Below, piece after piece: positions 1-9,531 of a DNA stretch of 64,000 nt (positions are counted from its first letter, which is position 1; the number at the start of each line of letters is the position of its first letter). The stretch is from a virus. The stretch is from the IMG/VR virus record IMGVR_UViG_3300043788_000040, positions 64,001-128,000 of that record; one strand, 5' to 3'. The notes below the pieces were generated by a model. It worked only from the letters and a program-made list of their open reading frames with translations. It made no database searches and was not told where the DNA came from. The position numbers were made by a program, and so were the translations under genes.

Positions 1-146
1 TGTATACGAGCTTCGCAACCACAAAACCAAACTCTCCAAAGTCTTAGCCTGCGGTCTGATAGCCTTCCACGTTGACGCGGCCGTTTCGGATGCACTTGAC
101 AAAGCCCCCCTCTCTCGGCGTATACTAGATAAGTTGCGCCCACACC

Positions 147-494
147 ATGACAGCCACACCAAAAGCGGCACCTGATAGGATTTACCTGTTCTGCTACGGC
201 ACTTTGAAGCGGGGCGAGCCAGGACACGAACTTATGTCCGGCGCTACCTTCATCGGCACGGTGAAGGTGGATCATCTCTGTTGGATCAGGGACGCCGAGT
301 ACCCCTCCTGTATTGAGACCACCAGCGCAGCCGACACAGTCGTTGGAGAAATCTGGGAAGTCCCGATGTCCGACCTCCCGATCATCAACGAGTACGAGGG
401 CAAGAACTACAGGCTGGTGAAGCTCAAGGACTCCAACCTACACGCCTACCTGCTGAAAGAGAATGAGTCTGACAGATTCGTTGAGACCACCTAA
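147..494 (+). CDS. Gamma-glutamylcyclotransferase (AIG2/YtfP-like) family protein
   Basis: N-terminal LFCYGTLKRG motif and GEIWEV...EYEG pattern typical of GGCT-like proteins. Confidence 0.8.
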   Translation: MTATPKAAPDRIYLFCYGTLKRGEPGHELMSGATFIGTVKVDHLCWIRDAEYPSCIETTSAADTVVGEIWEVPMSDLPIINEYEGKNYRLVKLKDSNLHAYLLKENESDRFVETT

Positions 495-515
495 ATCCCC
501 AGTATTAAGGGGAGA

Positions 516-1136
516 ATGAACATTCTCTCCAAACCGAACATCTTTTTCACCAGCGACTACCACATCTACCACGAGAACATCCTCAAGCTGGGCAAGGGGC
601 GTCCCTTCGCCAGCACGGAGGAGATGCACGCGGCGATAGCTGACCGCCACAACGCCGTGGTGCGCCCCGGTGACCGTGTCTTCAATCTCGGGGACTTCGC
701 CCTCAAGTGTAAGTGGGAGCAGGCGTACGCCTTCCGCCAGCGGCTCATGGGGCAGCAGCACTTCCTGTTTGGCAACCACGACAACATCGCATGGGACATG
801 ATTCGGAACGTGCCTGACTGCTTCGTGCGGGTGTGGGGCGACCCGGATTCCCCCGGATCGTACGTTCTCCGGCTGAAGGGCTACGACGTCCCGAAAATTC
901 AGATGGGGCACTTTGCTGCAAGGACTTGGACTTCATCGCACAAGGGAAGCTGGAACCTCTACGGGCACTCGCACAACCAACTCCCCGAGGAGCCAAATTT
1001 TCTTGCGTTTGACGTCGGTGTTGACTGCTGGGATTACGCCCCGGTCAGTATTGAAGAAGTGGCGCAGAAGATGAAAGCCAAGACCCCCGCTTGGGAAAAA
1101 TGGCGTGCGACCCTACCCGAAGGAAGAATGGAATAA
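516..1136 (+). CDS. Calcineurin-like metallophosphoesterase
   Basis: Motifs TSDYH, NLGDF, GNHD, GHSH; GGGGAG RBS upstream. Confidence 0.9.
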   Translation: MNILSKPNIFFTSDYHIYHENILKLGKGRPFASTEEMHAAIADRHNAVVRPGDRVFNLGDFALKCKWEQAYAFRQRLMGQQHFLFGNHDNIAWDMIRNVPDCFVRVWGDPDSPGSYVLRLKGYDVPKIQMGHFAARTWTSSHKGSWNLYGHSHNQLPEEPNFLAFDVGVDCWDYAPVSIEEVAQKMKAKTPAWEKWRATLPEGRME

Positions 1137-1480
1137 TGTCAGAACACTTTGATCCAGAAGCCGGACAGCCGTTGCCCATCACGACCAAGAAGAGCGTGGA
1201 CGTAGCTGTAGAAGTAGCGAACGATCTGAAGAGGGCTGACCTATCAAACATCGCCGAGGACGTTGAGGCTCGCATCCGCATCGGCGAGAAGAAGTACGGC
1301 AAGCGGCTCCAATCATTCAACGGTCGTGATGCCGTCAAGGACCTGTACGACGAGGTGCTTGATGCCCTGAACTATTCAAAGCAACTTGAGCTTGAGGGCA
1401 AGGATAACGGCAACATCTTCCGAGACCTCATCAGCCTCGCCGCTACAGTGAAGGCACGACTGGACAGCACGGCAGTCTAA
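1136..1480 (+). CDS. Hypothetical phage protein (possible all-alpha NTP pyrophosphohydrolase-like)
   Basis: ATG overlaps previous TAA; GEKKYG...DLYDEVLDALNY pattern. Confidence 0.45.
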   Translation: MSEHFDPEAGQPLPITTKKSVDVAVEVANDLKRADLSNIAEDVEARIRIGEKKYGKRLQSFNGRDAVKDLYDEVLDALNYSKQLELEGKDNGNIFRDLISLAATVKARLDSTAV

Positions 1481-1571
1481 TGAGCGACATGGCAGCGTTC
1501 TTCCTGCTTTACGTTGGATCAATCGTCGGCGTCATCCTGCTGACCATTTTCTTGTACCGCAGGGGCAAGCA

Positions 1572-2567
1572 GTGATACACGCGCAGGCACTAGGAGTTCT
1601 CCAGATGAACGAGATGTACGAAGCAGCGGCGAAGCATTTTGCCGAGCGTGTTGAAGCCATGTTTCAATCTGAGCAGACGCTTGAAGCAGCATTCAAGCTC
1701 CTCTACCCCGGTCTGCCCTTTGATCGCACCGACCACTGGGCGCATGTCTTTGAGACGCTGCTCAACGAGGCGTGGGATGTCAAGGGTCCGGTTGTCAAGA
1801 GCAACCCCACCGCCATGGATCGCCTGCATATCATCCGGGCGCTCCACCCGCTGCTTGACTACAACCTCTTCACCCAAGTGCTCCTCAACCTCCAAGGCTA
1901 TACGGGCATGTTCTACCTGACCGGGGATGTGGAGAAGGAAATCACACGCCTGAAGGACTATTGGAAGTCAAGGCAGTGGCAGTCCGACCCGTTCGCCCCG
2001 AAAGCCAAGATGGTGAAGCGGTCGGCGACCATCACGGATGAGCAGAGCGAGTACAACAACATTCTGTCCACGCTCAAGGCGCTCCGCACCATCACGCAGT
2101 TCACCCCGCAGATCAGTTTCCGTGTGTCGCCCAAGGGCGGCACCCCGGCGTTCGCCGATTCCCGCAACATCAGCATGATCGGCGTCGGCGGTGACAAGTA
2201 CCTGCGCACCATCCCTGCTCTTCGGGCGTTCTACATCACGTGGGATCAAGTTCCGCAGATGGCGATCCCGACCGGGACTAAGGTCGTGGACGACAAGCCT
2301 GCCATCGTGTTCAAGGCGGACGACATTCCGTACGAGTTCCTCTCCAAGTCCGGGGGCGAGATCATCCAAGAGGTGCTGTTCGCCCGCAAACTGATGTGGT
2401 ACATCTTCGCCGGGGTGGACACGACCAAGGAAACCTGCATCATGCTGCCCCGCATCAACTCCCTGCTGGTGGTCACCGACGCAGGCGGCGCAAGCCTCCT
2501 TGACGCCTTCACGCTGGTGCGAGAGAAGTTCCCCATGGTACAATTGACCGAGGGTGCGCGTGCGTAG
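1572..2567 (+). CDS. Hypothetical protein (331 aa)
   Basis: Long ORF with genome-typical codon usage; true start may be an internal ATG after AGGAG. Confidence 0.65.
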   Translation: MIHAQALGVLQMNEMYEAAAKHFAERVEAMFQSEQTLEAAFKLLYPGLPFDRTDHWAHVFETLLNEAWDVKGPVVKSNPTAMDRLHIIRALHPLLDYNLFTQVLLNLQGYTGMFYLTGDVEKEITRLKDYWKSRQWQSDPFAPKAKMVKRSATITDEQSEYNNILSTLKALRTITQFTPQISFRVSPKGGTPAFADSRNISMIGVGGDKYLRTIPALRAFYITWDQVPQMAIPTGTKVVDDKPAIVFKADDIPYEFLSKSGGEIIQEVLFARKLMWYIFAGVDTTKETCIMLPRINSLLVVTDAGGASLLDAFTLVREKFPMVQLTEGARA

Positions 2568-3049
2568 GCTTTGTGATTTTGACTTCTCGGACGGAGCGGA
2601 GTGTCTTAAGCCTGCCGTAGCAAACATCCATCATTTGTGGTATTGTGCTGAACACTACGATGTGTGGGTAGACTATTTCCGCCGTAGGGACGACCCGGAC
2701 GCTAAACGGATACTGAGGGAAGCACGTGCATGACATTCCGGCAAGTTGGCTCAGGCATCCTTTCCTGACTGTAGCAATAGCATCTGTCCTCTCAGCGGTG
2801 TTCAACACAGGCTTGGTCGCTCTCTTTGTGATGTTCGGCAAGAAGATGGGCTGGAAGAGGTTTCAGGAATGAAACAGTGCTGTTGGCAGGGCGATGACAT
2901 AAGGTGCGAGAAGCCGGGCGTCTGTTCCATAGACTGGCCCGATTGCGGTGACGACGGCAGCAGCATCTTTTGGTACTGCGCCGAGCACTATGACCACCTG
3001 ATTGCTCGTCTGAAAGAATCTGGGCGGATAGCCGTACTGAAGGGAAAGC

Positions 3050-4036
3050 ATGCCTAAGAGAATTTTCCTGCTCGACACGATGTCGCAAGTCTACCGTGCT
3101 TACCACGCGGGGGCGCACCAGCGCATCCAGATGACCACCAAGGCAGGCTTCCCCACGGGCGCAACTTACATCCTAGCCCGCATGTTCAAGAAACTCTTCG
3201 CCGACCACAAGCCCGAGTACATGATCGCCTGCATGGAAGGCGGCTCCGGCGCTACGAATCGTGAGAAGATGTACCCCGAGTACAAAGCGAACAGACGCGG
3301 CGAGACTCCGAACGAACTTACACGGCAGTTCCCGTACATCAACGGCTTGATTGACGCCTACAATCTGAAACGCATCAGCGTGGAGGGGTATGAGGCGGAC
3401 GACATCATCGGAACACTGTCAAAGCAGTTCTACGAGAGCGACCCGGAGAACCAGATTTTCATCGTGACAGGCGACAAGGACATGTTCCAGCTTGTCAACG
3501 ACCGCATCTTCATCGTGAACCCGATGAAAGACCTCCTTGCCGACACGCAGAAGGTTGAGCTTATCGTCGGCGTGCCTCCCGCACTGGTAACCGATGTCAT
3601 GGCGCTGCGTGGCGACACCGTGGACAACGTACCTGGCGCACCAGGCATCGGCGACAAAGGTTCCGTCGCCATCATCAAGCAATTCGGATCGCTGACTGCT
3701 GCCCTTGACCGTGCAGCCGAAGTGACACGCAAGAGCTATCGTGAGTCGCTCCAGAACAACCGGGCGCAGATTGAACTCAGCCACAAGCTGGTCACCATTG
3801 ACCGTGACGCACCCGTGGGAGTCGGCTTGGATCAGTACGTGTTCAACGGGGCTGATGCCGAGGCACTGAAGAAGATTTACGCCGAGCTTGAGTTCGCATC
3901 GCTGCTAAGCAAGGAATCGCTGGATGCGGTTGAAGACTTTGCCGAGATCGTGCAGCCCGAGGCTCCAGCCGTGGTTGACACACGCACGACGATGACCGAT
4001 GACCAAGCGGACAAGCTGATTGACAGCCTGTTCTAG
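3050..4036 (+). CDS. 5'-3' exonuclease / flap endonuclease (Pol I N-terminal-like)
   Basis: YRAYHA, YPEYKANR, EGYEADDIIGTL, TGDKDMFQL, GDTVDNVPGAPGIGDK motifs. Confidence 0.95.
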   Translation: MPKRIFLLDTMSQVYRAYHAGAHQRIQMTTKAGFPTGATYILARMFKKLFADHKPEYMIACMEGGSGATNREKMYPEYKANRRGETPNELTRQFPYINGLIDAYNLKRISVEGYEADDIIGTLSKQFYESDPENQIFIVTGDKDMFQLVNDRIFIVNPMKDLLADTQKVELIVGVPPALVTDVMALRGDTVDNVPGAPGIGDKGSVAIIKQFGSLTAALDRAAEVTRKSYRESLQNNRAQIELSHKLVTIDRDAPVGVGLDQYVFNGADAEALKKIYAELEFASLLSKESLDAVEDFAEIVQPEAPAVVDTRTTMTDDQADKLIDSLF

Positions 4037-4285
4037 GAGTAGACATGCCACAACCGTATCGGTGGTCAGACGGGTACAACCCGAACATTCCGCGTAACTG
4101 CACAGCCTGCGGGGAACTTCTCCTGTTGGAGAACCTATACGTGGACGATGGGTGTCCCTGTAATTCCGCAAGGGGCGTCAATTTCAAGCCCCAGCCGTGT
4201 GATCTATGCCAACTTGACTGTTGTGTCAAGCCGGGGCATCGGCTATCTCAGCTATTCGGCTCCTAAAAATAGTGAAAATCAGTTG

Positions 4286-4314
4286 TTGACAATTTCTCAG
4301 CTACGCAGTATTCT
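4286..4314 (+). promoter_or_regulatory. sigma70-type promoter of Tyr/Leu tRNA array
   Basis: TTGACA-N17-TATTCT. Confidence 0.8.
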
Positions 4315-4323
4315 TTTAGAGCC

Positions 4324-4398
4324 ATGACAAACCTTACCCTATCCCTGACCTTGTATAGCCTGCTTAGCGGGCTTCACGGCGGTGTGTTCATCGGGTAA
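4324..4398 (+). CDS. Leu-rich attenuator leader peptide MTNLTLSLTLYSLLSGLHGGVFIG
   Basis: 24 codons, 7 Leu (CTT x3, CTG x2, CTA, TTG) plus Tyr TAT; lies between promoter and terminator. Confidence 0.75.
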   Translation: MTNLTLSLTLYSLLSGLHGGVFIG

Positions 4399-4424
4399 GA
4401 CAAGAATCAAACCCAGATTAGAAC

Positions 4425-4455
4425 AGCCGCCGAAGTCAGGCGGCTTTCGTATTTT
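4425..4455 (+). terminator. Attenuator terminator hairpin
   Basis: AGCCGCC/GGCGGCT stem then TTCGTATTTT; 5' arm can instead pair with GGCGGTGTGTTC (4378-4389). Confidence 0.75.
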
Positions 4456-4466
4456 ATGGGCAAAAT

Positions 4467-4554
4467 GGAGGGGATGGCACAATGGCGTGCCAGCAGACTG
4501 TAAATCTGCCGACCCTTGCGGTCATGGTGGGTTCGATCCCCACCCTCTCCACCA
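4467..4554 (+). tRNA. tRNA-Tyr(GTA)
   Basis: GGAGGGG/CCTCTCC acceptor, GCAGA-CTGTAAA-TCTGC, long variable arm, TTCGATC T-loop, ACCA. Confidence 0.92.
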
Positions 4555-4569
4555 ATTTTGGAGCATCAA

Positions 4570-4800
4570 ATGAAAGTAACCCAGACGCACCTGATGAGGA
4601 AGACTGAGCAAGGCACCGAGGTCCACACGATATGCTGGCTCGATGTAAAGCCGAATGTGAAGGTTGGCTCAAGGGTGTCCTTAGAGGACTCGCCAAACGA
4701 GTGGTGGACTGTCTTGTCTCAGGGTGGGTTGCAAGACTCCTCAGAGATCAACCGGAAGTGGGGTCTGGACCTGCCGAAGACTCAACGGCTGGAAAGGTAA
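4570..4800 (+). CDS. Hypothetical protein
   Basis: GGAG RBS and ATG at 4570, 76 aa. Confidence 0.6.
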   Translation: MKVTQTHLMRKTEQGTEVHTICWLDVKPNVKVGSRVSLEDSPNEWWTVLSQGGLQDSSEINRKWGLDLPKTQRLER

Positions 4801-5091
4801 AGCGAAAGGGCATTGAGTCCGGCAAGGTCACGGTGTGCAAGCACTGCGACACGAAGCACCCCATGTACGCGAACGGGACGATTTGCTTCATGGCTTTCTT
4901 CTACATCTACGAGCGTGACTTGCTCTGGATGGCAAGTCACGACGGCACCGATGGCATATCGGGCTGGCGTGCGCTAGCGAATGATCTGGGGTTCAAGGAT
5001 GCAAAGATAGACGTGCCTTGGACATTCCCAGACGAGGGTCGTCTGATCCCGTACCGGAGGATCAAGGACGGCAAGTTTTTGAGCAAGTAAT

Positions 5092-5177
5092 GCGAGCGTG
5101 GCGGAATTGGCAGACGCAACAGGTCGAGAGCCTGTCGGTTAACAGCCATGGAGGTTCAAGTCCTCTCGCTCGCACCA
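5092..5177 (+). tRNA. tRNA-Leu(GAG), atypical anticodon loop (C33, A37)
   Basis: Leu-type D arm GTGGCGGAATTGGCAGACGC, ACAGG-TCGAGAG-CCTGT, T arm, ACCA. Confidence 0.85.
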
Positions 5178-5180
5178 AGA

Positions 5181-5291
5181 TTGTCGGGCTAATTCTGTGA
5201 AACGGATGTCGGCAGAACCCCCGGTGACGCGAGCCTAGCTGTGGCAGGCGAATTGACGCCAAGGCGCTTTGAGGCTGTGGTCGCCCGACAA
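5181..5291 (+). ncRNA. Structured inter-tRNA RNA
   Basis: Ends TTGTCGGGC / GCCCGACAA pair; fills the space between two tRNAs. Confidence 0.45.
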
Positions 5292-5298
5292 AGAATTT

Positions 5299-5385
5299 GC
5301 GGATATGGCGGAGTTGGCAGACGCGCTGGTCTCAGAAGCCAGTGGGGTAAAACCCGTGGAGGTTCGAGTCCTCTTATCCGCACCA
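5299..5385 (+). tRNA. tRNA-Leu(CAG) (A37)
   Basis: GCGGATA/TATCCGC, CTGGT-CTCAGAA-GCCAG, variable arm, ACCA. Confidence 0.93.
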
Positions 5386-5388
5386 AGT

Positions 5389-5534
5389 TTGAGAGCGTTG
5401 AGTGGGGGAACTGGCATACCCGGAGCGCCGTAAGGTGACTCCACGTCCCCGAATTGACGGGGGCTGCGGCGCAGCGTGGCGAAGGCAGTGCGGGTTCGAT
5501 TCCCGCCTCGGAAAGCTGCGACAACCGCTCTCAA
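5389..5534 (+). ncRNA. tRNA-like RNA lacking an anticodon
   Basis: TTGAGAGCG/CGCTCTCAA terminal stem, D-arm-like GGGGAACTGGCATACCC, GTAA-capped hairpin, GCGGG-TTCGATT-CCCGC T arm. Confidence 0.65.
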
Positions 5535-5538
5535 GAAT

Positions 5539-5663
5539 TTCGGGCGACTTCGTTGTTCATGACAGCGAAGCAGTGAGTAAGTGGCGGAATATGGCAGACG
5601 CGGCACTTCGGTGCTTGGATGCAAATCCTTGTGGGTTCGATTCCCACCGCTCCATCGCCCGAA
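5539..5663 (+). ncRNA. tRNA-Leu-like RNA with UUCG hairpin in place of the anticodon arm
   Basis: TTCGGGCGA/TCGCCCGAA ends; GTGGCGGAATATGGCAGACGC D arm; GCAC-TTCG-GTGC; GGAT-GCAA-ATCC; GTGGG-TTCGATT-CCCAC. Confidence 0.7.
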
Positions 5664-5679
5664 CGCGTATTGAGGTCTT

Positions 5680-6066
5680 ATGGCGAAGTTTGAAGACCAT
5701 TGCAAGGACTGTGAACGCATCCTCGGCAACAAGCGCGAGGACGTGAACCGCTGGATGGACGAGCTTTTCAAGCAGTACGGACCTCGTCATCGTAGGCATC
5801 GTCACTGCTGGCACGGGGTGCGCACGGCGCTCAAGTTGTTTGGTATTGAGGGTGCGAAAGCTGCTATCATCCATATCGTGCGCGACTGTGGCGAGGTGCC
5901 GAGCCAGCGCACTTACGACGAGACGGCGCTGGGTGGCGGTGGAATTGTCATCGCACCGGAGTACACGTACTCAGACGGCGAAGCGGCGCAGAAGTCGTTC
6001 GCTGATGTAGTGAACAAAGAGTTTGAACGTGCTGCTGGGATAATTGGTAAGGACTGGCAGCAATAA
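5680..6066 (+). CDS. Hypothetical protein, His/Cys-rich
   Basis: GAGG RBS; HCKDC and HRRHRH motifs. Confidence 0.7.
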   Translation: MAKFEDHCKDCERILGNKREDVNRWMDELFKQYGPRHRRHRHCWHGVRTALKLFGIEGAKAAIIHIVRDCGEVPSQRTYDETALGGGGIVIAPEYTYSDGEAAQKSFADVVNKEFERAAGIIGKDWQQ

Positions 6067-6152
6067 GCGCGAGTGGCGGAATGGCAGACGCACTAGCTTG
6101 AGGTGCTAGCGGTGGAAACATCGTGGAGGTTCGACTCCTCTCTCGCGCACCA
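6067..6152 (+). tRNA. tRNA-Leu(GAG), canonical
   Basis: CTAGC-TTGAGGT-GCTAG, G37, ACCA. Confidence 0.95.
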
Positions 6153-6157
6153 AATTT

Positions 6158-6296
6158 GGGGGAATAGCATTGTGGAATGCGCCGGGGGTAACCCGGAGAA
6201 GTCGGTTCGACTCCGACTCTATATTCGGCAGTTGCGTTGTTCCCGACCGGATTGATTCCGGCTCGCGGTGAGCAGAGGGCGATACTTCCCCCACCA
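6158..6296 (+). ncRNA. CCA-ended tRNA-like RNA, no anticodon loop, insertion after T arm
   Basis: GGGGGAA/TTCCCCC-ACCA 7-bp acceptor; D-like GCATT/AATGC; CCGGG-GGTAA-CCCGG; GTCGG-TTCGACT-CCGAC. Confidence 0.7.
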
Positions 6297-6303
6297 AGTT
6301 AGG

Positions 6304-6397
6304 GGAAGCTCCGTTGTGCTGTCGGTTCGACTCCGACGACGTAGGGAAGGGCAAGCCGTGTAGACGGCCCGATTCTCGGAGAGGCACAACGACTTCC
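6304..6397 (+). ncRNA. T-loop-containing structured RNA
   Basis: GGAAG/CTTCC and CGTTGTGCT/GGCACAACG stems; same GTCGGTTCGACTCCGAC T arm as the previous element. Confidence 0.55.
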
Positions 6398-6405
6398 ATA
6401 AGTTT

Positions 6406-6491
6406 GCGGCTGTGGCGGAATTGGCAGACGCGCTAGCCTTAGGAGCTAGTGGCTAATAACCGTGGGGGTTCGAGTCCCTCCAGCCGCACCA
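6406..6491 (+). tRNA. tRNA-Leu(TAG)
   Basis: CTAGC-CTTAGGA-GCTAG, ACCA. Confidence 0.95.
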
Positions 6492-6496
6492 AGCTT

Positions 6497-6571
6497 TGGG
6501 CGCGGAATATGTCGCCGTGGCGGATCGTATGCCGACACGGTGCCCGCACATTCGGGGTAGCGCCCACACCA
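6497..6571 (+). ncRNA. tRNA-sized CCA-ended hairpin RNA
   Basis: TGGGCGC/GCGCCCA stem followed by CACCA; no D or T consensus. Confidence 0.45.
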
Positions 6572-6575
6572 GATT

Positions 6576-6662
6576 GCCGGGATGGCGGAATTGGCAGACG
6601 CGGCGGCCTCAAACACCGTTGCCTTAAAAAGCGTGCAGGTTCGACTCCTGTTCCCGGCACCA
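6576..6662 (+). tRNA. tRNA-Leu(CAA)
   Basis: GCCGGGA/TCCCGGC, loop CTCAAAC, ACCA. Confidence 0.93.
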
Positions 6663-6697
6663 ATTCCAGTATTATCGTGGTAGGGAGCTACACTACC

Positions 6698-7039
6698 ATG
6701 AAAATCTTCACCGCAGTTCTTTTGACTCTGTCGTTCGCCACACTGGCATCAGCCGCGACCATCAAGGCGTTCTCAGTGAACAACGTCGTTCGGGTCAAGG
6801 ACAACATCTACACCGCTGAGAAGTACATCGCCGACACGCACGGGGAAGCCAACGCAGGCGACATCGCCGAGCAGTACATCACGTTCAAGACCGAGGGCTG
6901 CCTACACAACCCCGCTGCCAACACCAGCGCGATCTATGTGACAACCCCGGACGGCGCAAAGCTGATCTTTTCCGATGGCGGCACTTGCACGGTTGATGTC
7001 ATGCAGAGCGACTCCAAAGCGCCTGCCGTCACAAAGTAA
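6698..7039 (+). CDS. Secreted protein
   Basis: Signal peptide MKIFTAVLLTLSFATLASA; GGGAG RBS. Confidence 0.7.
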   Translation: MKIFTAVLLTLSFATLASAATIKAFSVNNVVRVKDNIYTAEKYIADTHGEANAGDIAEQYITFKTEGCLHNPAANTSAIYVTTPDGAKLIFSDGGTCTVDVMQSDSKAPAVTK

Positions 7040-7072
7040 CCTGTAAGCTTCTCCGTTTCAACCACTTACTGG

Positions 7073-7102
7073 TGGACAAATCTACACCCCTGCCTGTATA
7101 CT
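7073..7102 (+). promoter_or_regulatory. Putative early promoter TGGACA-N18-TATACT
   Basis: Same motif at 60950-60979 (+) and 49432-49461 (-, TGGACG). Confidence 0.6.
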
Positions 7103-8122
7103 ATTCCCATGAAGCTGACTTACTGGATCGCTGACTGCCTCAACGACGCTCCGTGCTATTCTGTCCGTGCGAAGACACGCCGGGAAGTCAAAGCAGAGTT
7201 GGCTAACCGTGAAGTCCGGGGCGGTGATTACGGCAAGCCACGCAAGGTCACGGTTGAATACGCCGGGGCTTTTGACCTCGTGCTCCAATGCACGGGAGAA
7301 GGCGGTCTTTACGAAGGGAAGCGCCAATGAAGCGCCCAAACAAGATCAGGCTGGTGGGGTCAAAACAACAGTCCAAAATCGGGCTGTTTGACGAAGTGCG
7401 GATCGTGCGAATTCAAGTCAAGCGTACGGTTAAGGCATCTAATGACCGTGGGTAAAGAGCTTTGGGAAATTCTGGTGCCGTGCGTACGCAACGACGGGCG
7501 ACCGATTCACACTCGGTTCCACAGGGTGTGGGATCGCAAGGTTGAAGCGATCTGCGGTGGTCTGACTGTCCTCACGCCTGTCGGCAAAGGTACGTGGGTG
7601 CATGAAGGGCGCACTCTCCGTGAGCGCATGATTCCCGTGCGTGTCATGTGTACTCGGGAACAGGTTGACGAAATCATTGATTTGACGCTTGAGTACTACG
7701 AACAACTCGCTGTCATGGCTTACAGGATAAGCGACATGGTAATCCTGAGACACCGGGCGGCGAGGAAAGGCGACAAAAATGTCTAACGAAAGGGGAAAGC
7801 TTGGAGTGTTCGGGGCGTTGGTGGCAGTGCTCATCATTTTGGGTCTGCTCTCTCTGTTCGCCAACTACATCGGCATTCTACCCAAGTACTAACCTATGGC
7901 GCTGCGACTTGAATACAAGGACGACGTCGGCAACACGCACTCCCGGCAGTGGCACTACAGTGAACCCCTGCCCGAGGAATACAAGCGGGCACGTGTCCTC
8001 AAAATAACCGCCGATGGCGATGAACTGGACTTGATCCTGCACACGTTGACCGCAACGATCAAGCCAACCGTGACGATTGATGCGACACCAGCGCCAGCCG
8101 CACTGACGAAAGGGAGCGGACA

Positions 8123-8470
8123 ATGAGAATCCTGATTGCTGAGGATCATGAAGTTCTACGTGATCTACTCGCCAATTTATTGACAGCCAAGGGGCACACC
8201 GTCGTCGCCACGAAAGACGGCGAGGAAGCGCTTCGCACCTTCTACAAAGACGACGGCGGGTTTGACTACGTGATCACCGATTACCAGATGCCACGCAAGA
8301 ACGGCGTCGTGCTCATCATGGACATTCGCCGCATGAATCCTGCCCAAAAGTGCATCCTTGTCTCCGGCGATCCACCACAGATGACGGACATCATCCGCAA
8401 AGAAGCTGGCGAGTTTCCGATCCTGACGAAGCCCTACGGCACCGCCGATTTGTTAGAACTGCTCAAGTAA
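8123..8470 (+). CDS. Stand-alone response regulator receiver (CheY-like)
   Basis: ILIAED, ITDYQMP..NG, LVSG, LTKPY motifs. Confidence 0.92.
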   Translation: MRILIAEDHEVLRDLLANLLTAKGHTVVATKDGEEALRTFYKDDGGFDYVITDYQMPRKNGVVLIMDIRRMNPAQKCILVSGDPPQMTDIIRKEAGEFPILTKPYGTADLLELLK

Positions 8471-8518
8471 CGACGGCCGTTGTTTTGAAATTGCCCATTC
8501 CCAAGGTATTATTGGGTT

Positions 8519-9529
8519 ATGGCGAACCCCTTTGGTAACAGATCAAACGACGAAGCAGAAACCGCAAACACACCTGCACCAACCAGTGCGCAAGGCAACG
8601 CGGCAGCCAAGGCAGACGACGACGATCAGGCGTACTACCACTGGTCAAAGCGTAACGGCCTCTACCGCCCCGTGGGACACACGCAGGACACCGTCCCGGC
8701 TGGCATCTACGAAATAGACAACGACAACTCCGGTTGGTACCTATCCAAGGTGAAGTTCCCCTCCGACGCCCTGCTCCGCCTGCCGGGCATGCCCATTGAC
8801 TATATCCTCGGGCAGATTGACACCTTCTGGCAGCGTGAGAAACTGTTCACTCAGACCGGGCTTCTCCACAAGCGTGGCATTCTGATGTATGGACCCGCTG
8901 GCTGCGGCAAGACCTCAATCATCCGCCTGCTTTGCGACGACATCGTCAACAAGCGTGACGGCATCGTCATCATGGTCACGAACTGCCGTCTTGCAGAGAC
9001 CGCCCTCGGCGGCATCCGCCAGATTGAGCCACGTCGTCCGATCCTCACTATCATTGAGGACATTGAGACATTCATGGGACAGAGCGATGAGTCATCATCG
9101 GCTCGTGCGCTCTTGGCTCTCCTTGACGGCGAGACGCAGATCAACCACGTCGTCCACTTGGCGACGACCAACAAGCCTGACTTACTTGAAGACCGCGTTG
9201 TGAAGCGCCCAGGACGTTTTGATCTCGTCATCGGGCTGAACCACCCCGTCGCCGACGCACGCAAGGCGTACTTGTTCAACCTCCTGCAAGAGCACGTGTC
9301 CGCAGACGAGCTTCAGTCCATGGTGGACGAGACGGAAGGTCTCGGGCTTGCTCACCTACGTGAACTGGTTGCGGCGTCGTACTGCTTGGGGCTGGATCGC
9401 AAAGAGACACTTGCCCGCTTGAAATCCAACTTCAAGAAGAAGCTCAAGAACACCGAGAGCAAGGGCAACATCATGGGGTTCACGACGAACTTCGTTGACG
9501 AGGATGGAAAGGTCAAGCTCAACGACTAG
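8519..9529 (+). CDS. AAA+ ATPase
   Basis: RGILMYGPAGCGKT, IIEDIE, ATTN, KRPGRFD. Confidence 0.92.
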   Translation: MANPFGNRSNDEAETANTPAPTSAQGNAAAKADDDDQAYYHWSKRNGLYRPVGHTQDTVPAGIYEIDNDNSGWYLSKVKFPSDALLRLPGMPIDYILGQIDTFWQREKLFTQTGLLHKRGILMYGPAGCGKTSIIRLLCDDIVNKRDGIVIMVTNCRLAETALGGIRQIEPRRPILTIIEDIETFMGQSDESSSARALLALLDGETQINHVVHLATTNKPDLLEDRVVKRPGRFDLVIGLNHPVADARKAYLFNLLQEHVSADELQSMVDETEGLGLAHLRELVAASYCLGLDRKETLARLKSNFKKKLKNTESKGNIMGFTTNFVDEDGKVKLND

Positions 9530-9531
9530 GC

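Noticed and set aside
4382-6663. Short ORFs overlapping the tRNA arrays (also 11025-11574 and 14395-15602)
   Set aside because: They overlap tRNA or structured RNA genes and lack RBS and coding-like composition
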